From Candidatus Omnitrophota bacterium (lineage in GTDB: Bacteria > Omnitrophota > Gorgyraeia > Zapsychrales > Zapsychraceae), in the NCBI GenBank assembly GCA_015233115.1, contig JADFYJ010000001.1, positions 195,084-259,083 of the forward strand: a stretch of DNA of 64,000 nucleotides, written 5' to 3'. Position 1 is the stretch's first letter. Each line of letters begins with the position of its first letter. The position numbers and the translations under genes were made by a program. Below the pieces are notes generated by a model that saw only the letters and a program-made list of their open reading frames with translations, had not been told where the DNA came from and searched no databases. Below, piece by piece: positions 1 to 7,603 of this stretch.

Positions 1-2
1 TT

Positions 3-233
3 ATCATTACGAATCCTCCCTACGGTATAAAATTATCATCTACCCAAGAAATTACTTCGATCTATTCGGCTTTGAACGCTTTATTGAAGGATCAAAAACG
101 CTGGTCATTGTTTCTGGTTACCGCGGATAAAAATTTTCCTAATTGTTTCAAACGGGCCAGACCGGATAAGATCAGAAAATTGTACAACGGAACCATTGAA
201 GTAAACTACTTTCAATACTTTGGAGATAAATAA
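3..233 (+). CDS. C-terminal fragment of a class I SAM-dependent amino-methyltransferase (UPF0020/RlmL-like or N6-adenine MTase). The gene starts upstream of the window.
   Basis: Frame-3 translation IITNPPYGIKLSSTQEITSIYSALNALLKDQKRWSLFLVTADKNFPNCFKRARPDKIRKLYNGTIEVNYFQYFGDK* carries the NPPYG motif IV. Stop TAA at 231-233. It is absent from the ORF track only because it is under 60 aa within the window. Confidence 0.45.
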   Translation: MITNPPYGIKLSSTQEITSIYSALNALLKDQKRWSLFLVTADKNFPNCFKRARPDKIRKLYNGTIEVNYFQYFGDK

Positions 234-322
234 AATACCAGGGTACTTTAGGGCAATAGATTATTTCTTCATTTCCTGTATTGTAAAGTTAGGTAAAAAA
301 CAGGTTAAATGAGGAGGTTATC

Positions 323-427
323 ATGAAAGGCTCGAAACAGAGAAATCGTCCAGTGCAATATTTTAGAAAAGTACCCAAATATCAATTTAAACCAGATCTC
401 AAAGTTATATTTACTAAAAATTATTAA
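323..427 (+). CDS. Small basic ORF of 34 aa (MKGSKQRNRPVQYFRKVPKYQFKPDLKVIFTKNY).
   Basis: GAGGAGG Shine-Dalgarno at 311-317, 5-nt spacer, ATG at 323. Its stop overlaps the AAGGAG just upstream of the next gene. No family assignable. Confidence 0.2.
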   Translation: MKGSKQRNRPVQYFRKVPKYQFKPDLKVIFTKNY

Positions 428-432
428 GGAGT

Positions 433-1299
433 ATGGACATTCCAGAAGGCATTTATAAAACTCATGGTGAGCTGTTTGATGCGGCTCACCATCTTGATCA
501 ATATTCCCACCAAGTGCTGGAAAAATTCAATCAAAAAACGATTGTGTTGTTCGATTTACGTCCTTGCCAGCGTATTTTCCTTTTTATCCTGACCCGCTCG
601 CTTAAAACTTATACGTCGATATTATACTTGTGCGAAAAGGGTTATGGTCAAGACGCGTCACCTTTATTAAGATCTTTGCTCGAAAATTTAATAACCGCCC
701 AATATATTTTACATAATCCTGCCATTTCCAATGACTTGGCAAAACGATTTGTGGCTTACAAGTGGGTCATATTAAAACGTCAGTTATCGGACCAAGAACA
801 GCATACTGAACGAACCAAAATAATTTTAGAAAAAGCTGAAGAATTCAAAAAAACATTTAAAGTGAAATCTGATCGTGCGCTCCTTACTTGGTCTGGAAAA
901 ACTGTCCGGGATATGGCAAAACAAATTGATAAAAAATGGCTTTATGAATATGAAACAATTTTTCGGTTGTGTTCCCGATTTTCTCATCCCAGTATTCTAG
1001 GCGATAATGAATACATGATTTTAGATGAAAAAAAATTGGTTTTCTCTTCATTGCCATCTGATATTGGGATAGTTCCTAATCTTCCTAATGCCGCGAAATA
1101 TTGTTTAGAATTTTTAATGATTATTAATGATTTATTTAAATTCAATTGTGAGAAAGATATCACTGCACATTCTCAAGAATTAGAGAAAATTCTTCACCTT
1201 CCTAAATATCATAACGGTTTTGCAGATACCCAACCTGCCGATTTAAAAGGTCCGTCGATCCGTGACTGCATTGTTACTTTCCAAACTCAAATAAACTAA
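433..1299 (+). CDS. Hypothetical protein, 288 aa, no recognisable domain.
   Basis: Long ORF with coding-like composition. The SD AAGGAG sits only 1-2 nt before the ATG, so the true start is uncertain. No motif recognised. Confidence 0.45.
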   Translation: MDIPEGIYKTHGELFDAAHHLDQYSHQVLEKFNQKTIVLFDLRPCQRIFLFILTRSLKTYTSILYLCEKGYGQDASPLLRSLLENLITAQYILHNPAISNDLAKRFVAYKWVILKRQLSDQEQHTERTKIILEKAEEFKKTFKVKSDRALLTWSGKTVRDMAKQIDKKWLYEYETIFRLCSRFSHPSILGDNEYMILDEKKLVFSSLPSDIGIVPNLPNAAKYCLEFLMIINDLFKFNCEKDITAHSQELEKILHLPKYHNGFADTQPADLKGPSIRDCIVTFQTQIN

Positions 1300-1707
1300 G
1301 TTGATCCTTTGTAAGACCATTGTCCCTCCGTAGAACAAAGTCAATATAAAGTGGAAAACGCCTATATTCAAAAAACTCTTTTTTTTCTATGATGGGAACA
1401 GTTCCGGTTTTGTCTGGGGGGGCAAACAACATCTACGCGGAGTTTTTTGATGTTTAAAATGTTTTTATTGCTCCCCAAAAACACATCAGCGCTCGACGGA
1501 AAATTTTTTCCGTTGATTGCTGTTTTTTTTTGCCGCGCACAAACATATATTTTAGAAATATTATTGTCAAAAGGAGGACATATAGAGCTCATGACTCAAA
1601 TAAAACATAAATTTGTTATGTTGTAAAAATGGGTTGATGCTGGTGAATATACCACCCCAGCGCCCTAATTCTAAAAATCAAATTAAATGGATAAAATGAG
1701 GTGCTAT

Positions 1708-4434
1708 ATGAGTAAAAAATTAACTTTTGTGTTTTCACTAGCAATTTTATTTGCTATGTACATTTCCGCCTTGCCGACGCCGGTTATGGCCGGAGGTGTT
1801 CCTTTATCTGATGGACAAATGGATCAAATTGCAGCAGGTGAATGGGTTTTGGCCTCTGCCGCTACTACCAAAAATTCATTAAAAGTTAAAGATCAGTCAC
1901 AAAATACGATTAAAGGTATCAGTAACGCAAACAGTGTGGATAGTGCTGTTAATGGACAGACCAACGTCAGTAATGCTGTCGAAGGAGCTGTAGATATTAC
2001 ACAAAGCAATAATACTTCGGTGACTAATCGTGCAAAGCCAAAAGATACTTTTAGTCTTGATGCCTCCCACAAAACAGTTACCGCCGTTAATGAGAAGGGC
2101 ACGACTACCTATAATAATGTGACCACTTCAAAAATCGATAATTCTAGTGCTGAAACTAAATCAGTTTCTGATACGGAATCGTTAAATACTTCTTCTACAG
2201 ATAAGGCGAGTTCTTCACTGAATGAAACTTCAAATAAAGCGGACAGCCTTAAGACTGGTTTTTCTGATGTTGAAGTCAGTGGTTCTTCAGCAAGCACTAA
2301 TTCTGCAAGTGCCAGCAATTTTTCAAAAGATAAAAGCGCAAGTTCAGCAGAAAATTTTGATTTAGATAAAGGTAAATCTGCTTCTAGCGAAGCTTCCCAA
2401 AGTGCTAATGATGCATCGAAAAATACCGCTAGTGCGAATAACAGCGCTTCGTCTTCTGATAAATTTAATTTAGACGGAAGTTTGAACGCAGGCACAACTA
2501 GCGCATCACAAAGTGCTTCGAAAAGTGCTGACAGTGTAGCAGCAATTTCCAGCAAATCTTCAAGTGATTCTGCTGCAGCCAATGAAAATGCCTCAACTTC
2601 GGATAAAGCAAATTTGGATGGTAGTTTAAGCGCCAGCGAAGGAAATGCTTCACAGAGTGCTGCTCAAAGTGCGAAAAGTCAATCAGCCAATTCCAGCAAC
2701 TCAGCTAGCAATAGTGCTGCAGCCAATGAAAATGCTTCATCTATGGATAAAGCTAATTTGGACGGCAGTTTGAGCGCTGGATCTGCAACGGCATCGCAGA
2801 GTGCTTCAAATAAATCAGACAGTGTAGCTGCTAATGCCAGCAAATCGTCTAGCGATACTGCTGCTGCAAACAACAATGCGACATCATCGGACAAAGCTAA
2901 TGTAGATGGAAGTTTGTCAGCATCGAAGTCAGCAGCCTCACAAAGCGCAGCGCAAAATGCGGATTCATCGGCATCGAACAATAGCGCAGCTGATTCATCT
3001 TCGAGCACAAAAGATGCCAGTCTGAACGTAGCAGCTACAGGAACAAGCAATAAAACTGCCTCATCTTCATCTGATGCTGTTTCCCAGGATGGTGTGAGCA
3101 CGTCTCAAAAGGATGCTAGCGCCAATCAATCCGCTGCACCTGGTTCAGTCACATCAGGGTCAACATCTTCAACAGCAGCCACAACTGGCAATGATGAAAA
3201 TTCGGGTACTGTTACTCAGAATTCTGCCACAGACACAGCCAATTCATCAAAAACGGTTGGTGTTAATGCCTCAGGCACACTTGACACGACTAAGCAATCA
3301 GGGTCGCAATCAGCTGATTCTGCAGCCGCAGATAGTTCTGCTTCAAATTCATCAGCAGCATCTAAAAATAGCAATCTTGATGCTTCATTAAGTGCAAGTA
3401 AAGACAAAGAAGCTTCTAGCGGAGCAGCATCATCATCCGCAAGTCAGGATGCAGCAAATGCTTCATTGACAAAAGATAAAACAGCGTCAGATTCAGCTTC
3501 AGCATCGGATAATAAGAATCTTGATGCTTCATTAAGTACAAGCAAAGATAAAGAAGCAACCAGCCAATCAGCTTCATCTTCAGCTGATCAATCTGCAGCT
3601 AATGCGGCATCGGCTAAAGATGCATCTGCTTCAAATTCAGCATCAGCATCTGAGAGTAAAAACCTAAATGCGACTTTAACCACGAGCAAAGATAAGGAAG
3701 CATCTAGCGCATCAGCATCATCTTCAGCTGATCAATCAGCAGCTAATGCCTCTTTAACTAAAGATAAATCTGCTTCAGATTCCGCGTCAGCTTCTGATTC
3801 GAAAAATTTGAATGCAGCGTTAACTGTTGGAAAAGATAAAGAAGCTGCTAACGCTTCAGCTTCTGCATCTGATCAAGAAGCATCTTCTGCAAGTCAATCG
3901 GCAGACAAAAGTGCTTCTCAAGATAGCTTATCTGTTACCAAAGGCAAAAGTGCAAACTCAGCTTTATCCGTAAAAGATACGAAGAGCGATAATTCTGCTT
4001 CTGCATCACAGGATAGCGCTTCAAAAAATGTTCAAGCAACGGTAGATGCTTCAAAAACTGATAATAAAGCGAAAACTGAAACATCAAGTTCAGAAAATGA
4101 CGCTTCTTTAGCAGCCTCGAAAACAACAACCAAAGCTGAAAATGAAACAAATACAAAAGTCAAAACTGATACTGTCGATCAAGGTGTGATCGTTGATTCA
4201 GCAAAAAATAATACGAATACTGAAGATGATTCAGTACAAATTGATGAGACTAAGACTGGTTCAGTGACCAATGAATTAGTTGTCTCAGGCGGTTCGCAGT
4301 CAGACATTATGGCAGTCAGCAACTTGAACGCAGTTGGTTCAGCTGTAGCCATACAAGCTAACGTTGCTAATTCCAGCACTGTATCTGGAAATATTTCACA
4401 ATCCAACGTGGCTACCGTAGCAAATGGTATTTAG
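1708..4434 (+). CDS. Exported Ser/Ala/Asp/Lys-rich repeat protein (putative fibre or surface-layer subunit). Its termini are paralogous to those of the 4517..5392 protein.
   Basis: ATG at 1708 preceded by GAGGTG; the ORF track start at 1687 is in frame. N-terminal hydrophobic signal-like segment, then LSDGQMDQIAAG. Interior made of two families of imperfect tandem repeats of about 48 and 40 aa. C-terminal N/V/S/Q-rich segment (AVSNLNAVGSAVAIQANVANSS...) aligns with the C-terminus of the next protein. Confidence 0.7.
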   Translation: MSKKLTFVFSLAILFAMYISALPTPVMAGGVPLSDGQMDQIAAGEWVLASAATTKNSLKVKDQSQNTIKGISNANSVDSAVNGQTNVSNAVEGAVDITQSNNTSVTNRAKPKDTFSLDASHKTVTAVNEKGTTTYNNVTTSKIDNSSAETKSVSDTESLNTSSTDKASSSLNETSNKADSLKTGFSDVEVSGSSASTNSASASNFSKDKSASSAENFDLDKGKSASSEASQSANDASKNTASANNSASSSDKFNLDGSLNAGTTSASQSASKSADSVAAISSKSSSDSAAANENASTSDKANLDGSLSASEGNASQSAAQSAKSQSANSSNSASNSAAANENASSMDKANLDGSLSAGSATASQSASNKSDSVAANASKSSSDTAAANNNATSSDKANVDGSLSASKSAASQSAAQNADSSASNNSAADSSSSTKDASLNVAATGTSNKTASSSSDAVSQDGVSTSQKDASANQSAAPGSVTSGSTSSTAATTGNDENSGTVTQNSATDTANSSKTVGVNASGTLDTTKQSGSQSADSAAADSSASNSSAASKNSNLDASLSASKDKEASSGAASSSASQDAANASLTKDKTASDSASASDNKNLDASLSTSKDKEATSQSASSSADQSAANAASAKDASASNSASASESKNLNATLTTSKDKEASSASASSSADQSAANASLTKDKSASDSASASDSKNLNAALTVGKDKEAANASASASDQEASSASQSADKSASQDSLSVTKGKSANSALSVKDTKSDNSASASQDSASKNVQATVDASKTDNKAKTETSSSENDASLAASKTTTKAENETNTKVKTDTVDQGVIVDSAKNNTNTEDDSVQIDETKTGSVTNELVVSGGSQSDIMAVSNLNAVGSAVAIQANVANSSTVSGNISQSNVATVANGI

Positions 4435-4450
4435 TTTTTTATGAGCTAAC

Positions 4451-4481
4451 GCAAAGGGGAAGTATTTTACTTCCCCTTTGC
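4451..4481 (+). terminator. Perfect 14-bp-stem hairpin (GCAAAGGGGAAGTA-TTT-TACTTCCCCTTTGC) between the two repeat-protein genes. Possible attenuator or partial terminator.
   Basis: Inverted repeat read directly. A T-run precedes it; only a weak A/T tract follows it on the + strand. Confidence 0.35.
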
Positions 4482-4516
4482 CGCGCTAAAAAATTTAGAA
4501 GAAAGGAGGTAATGGT

Positions 4517-5392
4517 ATGTATCAAAAAAAAATTTCACCATTGGTTATTTTATGTTTAATTTTAGGGCAAAATTCTTTAGCATTTGCCAATTATGCGGTT
4601 GAGATTTCTGATTATGAACTTGATCAAGTTCATGCCGGAGGATTAAATCTTAACTTTGACAATTTTTTAGGTTCTATGAATACCGCGGCTGATACAGCTA
4701 GCAAAAGTTCTGTAGTTGATATCAACACAACGGCTAAGAATTCGTTAGTGACAAATTCAAACAATTCCGGAGTAACTATTTTAGCGCCGACTCAGCCTAA
4801 TTCTCCTACAGCGCCAACGGCGCCAACGGCTCCAACGGCTCCAGCTGCTCTAGTAGCGCCAACAGTTCCGACTTTGCCGACAGCGCCGGTTTTACCCATA
4901 ACTCCAACTAATCCAGCTTCTCCATTAGTTCCGACAGCTCCAATGCCGGTAGATCTAAGTCTTGCTTCAAATCCAAGCCTGGTGAGTGGATCGATAGCCG
5001 CACCTGAAGCACCATCGACTCCTGCGGTACCAGCCTTACCAGTATCGCCAGCTTCACCTGCAACACCAACGGCTCCTGCCACATCTGCCGCTGTTGCTAA
5101 TACACCTATGACATTTGATGTGGTGGCAAAAACAGGTAACAATTTTCAAGTGGCGTACTCAACAAATAGTAATGTTCAGCCAACTGCCTTTTCATCAACC
5201 GGGGGTATGAACTCAGTGAATGTTTCCGATACGGCGCAACAAAACTTAAGCGCTATGGTTAATGTTAACGCGGCAGGAAGTATTGTTCCTGTTCAAATTA
5301 ATTTAACTGTTCTCATGAATTCAACTGTGCAAAATCTTACCAATTCGAATGATTTGAAATTGAGTAATTACACGACGTTCTCCCTTCAGTAA
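4517..5392 (+). CDS. Exported Pro/Thr/Ala-rich repeat protein, a paralogue of the 1708..4434 protein (second subunit).
   Basis: AGGAGG RBS. Signal peptide with AFA cleavage-like site, then ISDYELDQVHAGG. PTAPTAPTAP low-complexity core. C-terminal N/V-rich segment (AMVNVNAAGSIVPVQINLT...) similar to the upstream protein. Confidence 0.7.
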   Translation: MYQKKISPLVILCLILGQNSLAFANYAVEISDYELDQVHAGGLNLNFDNFLGSMNTAADTASKSSVVDINTTAKNSLVTNSNNSGVTILAPTQPNSPTAPTAPTAPTAPAALVAPTVPTLPTAPVLPITPTNPASPLVPTAPMPVDLSLASNPSLVSGSIAAPEAPSTPAVPALPVSPASPATPTAPATSAAVANTPMTFDVVAKTGNNFQVAYSTNSNVQPTAFSSTGGMNSVNVSDTAQQNLSAMVNVNAAGSIVPVQINLTVLMNSTVQNLTNSNDLKLSNYTTFSLQ

Positions 5393-5429
5393 CGAACCTG
5401 TGGGGAAGGCAATATGATTTTTTATAGTT

Positions 5430-6119
5430 ATGAATAAAAAAGTTCTAACCACAATTTTGTTTTGTTTTCTTTCTTTAGTGTTCGCTAATTATTGTTTTGC
5501 GTCAGTTTTTTTCGTTGGAGGGATGCGATTTAATAAAAAGTTAATGCCGTTACGTGAAATTAAAAGAGAACACGTGGTTATGCAGAATTTTGATTTTAGC
5601 TGTGGAGCTGCGGGCTTGTCGACATTATTGAACTATTACCTTGGCAACCCAATCTCTGAAAGTGTCATTATTAAAACTCTTTTAAAGACTGTTCCGTTAC
5701 AAAAAATACGTCAACGGCGCGGGTTTTCCCTCTATGATTTAAAAAATTTCGCAAAATCAAAAGGATACATCGCGACAGGCTATAAAATGGATATTGATTT
5801 TTTAAAAAAACTTCATAAACCGGTTTTAGTTCCGATTAAATTTAGGAATTTCCGCCATTTTGTTATTATCAAAGCTGTAGTAGCTGATCATGTTCTTATA
5901 GCAGATCCAGCTGCCGGAAATACTTCAATGACGATAGATCAATTTAATAAACTTTGGATAGACGGCATATCTTTGCTCGTAGAAGATCCGCGAAAAAAAT
6001 CTAGTGGTTTTCAGACGAATTTCGACGGAAAAGATTTGTTAATAACAGATCACAAAATGATTGGACGGATTCTAAATCCTGACCTGATTCGCACAACAGT
6101 TTATCCGGGAGAATTTTAA
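5430..6119 (+). CDS. Standalone peptidase C39-like domain protein (papain-fold cysteine peptidase of the double-glycine-leader processing family) with an N-terminal signal/TM segment.
   Basis: The Cys motif FDFSCGAAGLSTLLNYY and the downstream HFVIIKAV...DPAAG (His/Asp) resemble C39 catalytic motifs. There are no ABC transporter domains. It is 229 aa. Confidence 0.6.
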   Translation: MNKKVLTTILFCFLSLVFANYCFASVFFVGGMRFNKKLMPLREIKREHVVMQNFDFSCGAAGLSTLLNYYLGNPISESVIIKTLLKTVPLQKIRQRRGFSLYDLKNFAKSKGYIATGYKMDIDFLKKLHKPVLVPIKFRNFRHFVIIKAVVADHVLIADPAAGNTSMTIDQFNKLWIDGISLLVEDPRKKSSGFQTNFDGKDLLITDHKMIGRILNPDLIRTTVYPGEF

Positions 6120-6274
6120 ACTTATTGTAAGGAGGTCCCGCTACGGCCGCTAGGACGCGGCCTTGCTTGAACAGCAAGCTTCGCGTTGCTCAGCTTCGCG
6201 GGATAAATTCGTGCGGCTGACTTGATGTCGCGATAAATCGCTCCATAAGTCAGGCACTCATTATAGGAGACAAC
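6120..6274 (+). other. GC-rich, highly self-complementary intergenic island. Candidate structured 5' leader or small RNA.
   Basis: Nested inverted repeats: CCCGC...GCGGG, GCTTG-AACAG-CAAGC, CTGACTT...AAGTCAG and GCGAT-AA-ATCGC. Local GC is far above the window average. Confidence 0.3.
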
Positions 6275-7564
6275 ATGGTTAAGCTTAAACTCAACGTTGG
6301 GAATACAGTTTTAATTATTTTATGCCTGTTTTTTGTTCTGGGAGAAGCAAAAATTACTAACCGGTTGGCTGAGAATAAGTACCAAAAACTGGCTCAAACT
6401 TTAAAAGCTGACATTTTGCGGGAATTGAAAAATAATATTAAAAATGAGGTATGGCAGGAAATACTACATAATCACAAAAAAAATTTTATCCAAGAAAAGG
6501 CAAATCTAGCGGATAGTGATATTTTTACTCTTAATCAGGGGAATTTGAACGATGAAGATTTAGATCAATATTTTGCCGGTAATGAAACGCCGAAGGCTTT
6601 AGGAATTAATTCTGGATATACAAAATTAGCGTTACAAAAATCAGCAGACGAACCTTCTTCGTCAACTCTTCAGACCGGAACAGGTGAAATTTCCGGCGGA
6701 AATAAACGTGAGTTACCCGCTTCACTTCAAAAAACTTTTGAAGAACGCGGCAGCATGTTACTTCCCAAAGGAAAATTTCAATTAGAACCAAATTTTACTT
6801 ACGCTCATTTTTCGTCCAACCGTATTAACATTCAAGGCTTCAGTATCCTTCCGGTACTTGTGATAGGAGATATCTCTGTCCAAGAAGTGAAACGGGATGT
6901 GTTTATTAATACATATTCTTTACGATATGGACTTTTAAATAATTTACAGGCTGAAATTAAGGTTCCAGGACGGTTTGAACATGATTTAATCAGCACTTCC
7001 ACAACGAGTGAGACGACCCGTAATCATGGAGGACTAGGTGATGTGGAATTAGGACTTAGCCGTCAAATTGGTTGGGAGCACGGAGTTTGGCCTGATTTGA
7101 TTGCCGCCTTTGCTGTAAAAACACCTTCAGGATTAGAACCATATAATCATTCGATTGCTCTCGGTACAGGGCATTGGGCAGCTCGTGGATCGTTGATCGC
7201 GGCAAAATCCAGTGACCCAGCCGTGGTTTTTGGATGCCTCAGTTACACATATAATTTTGCCAGAAACGGGATTGAAAATTACGGTGATGTTAAGCCCGGA
7301 GATACTATTGCGTACAGTTTAGGAACAGCTGTGGCATTAAGTTACAAAGTCGCGCTTAATTTAGCTTTTGACCAAAGCTTAACTACTAAGATGAATAGAA
7401 ATGGGTCACCGGTGGTTGATTCATTCATGAACTCCGCAGACTTAAAAGCTGGATTAAATTGGGTTATTGATGATAAAAAAGCCGTGGATTTTTCCGTCAG
7501 TATGGGTTTAACCAAAGATTCGCCGGATTTTACAGTTGAAATAAGAATACCAATATCATTCTAA
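6275..7564 (+). CDS. Putative outer-membrane beta-barrel protein with an N-terminal coiled-coil-like periplasmic region.
   Basis: Signal-like N-terminus. K/E/L-rich heptad-like stretch at residues 30-90. C-terminal alternating amphipathic segments ending in ...IRIPISF, a terminal aromatic residue typical of OM barrels. It is 429 aa. Confidence 0.5.
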   Translation: MVKLKLNVGNTVLIILCLFFVLGEAKITNRLAENKYQKLAQTLKADILRELKNNIKNEVWQEILHNHKKNFIQEKANLADSDIFTLNQGNLNDEDLDQYFAGNETPKALGINSGYTKLALQKSADEPSSSTLQTGTGEISGGNKRELPASLQKTFEERGSMLLPKGKFQLEPNFTYAHFSSNRINIQGFSILPVLVIGDISVQEVKRDVFINTYSLRYGLLNNLQAEIKVPGRFEHDLISTSTTSETTRNHGGLGDVELGLSRQIGWEHGVWPDLIAAFAVKTPSGLEPYNHSIALGTGHWAARGSLIAAKSSDPAVVFGCLSYTYNFARNGIENYGDVKPGDTIAYSLGTAVALSYKVALNLAFDQSLTTKMNRNGSPVVDSFMNSADLKAGLNWVIDDKKAVDFSVSMGLTKDSPDFTVEIRIPISF

Positions 7565-7603
7565 GCTTATTGATTTTTTGTATCTTAGTGTTAGGATACA
7601 AAA

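Noticed and set aside
1368-1592. 74-aa minus-strand ORF in the 390-bp spacer upstream of the repeat-protein gene.
   Set aside because: No RBS, homopolymer-rich, non-coding-like composition. More likely a promoter or leader region. The spacer does contain an 11-codon ORF (MTQIKHKFVML) after an AGGAGG, which I did not call.
1893-3407. Five minus-strand ORFs (1893..2102, 2109..2582, 2679..3101, 3216..3407, plus the + strand ORF 3113..3391 in an alternate frame) inside the large repeat-protein gene.
   Set aside because: They are antisense or alternate-frame read-throughs of a Ser/Ala low-complexity repetitive coding region. Their products (LALSEALLA... type) are composition artefacts, and they overlap a much better supported gene.
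4792-5142. Minus-strand 116-aa ORF inside the Pro/Thr/Ala-rich gene.
   Set aside because: Antisense of a PTAPTAP repeat region; same artefact as above.
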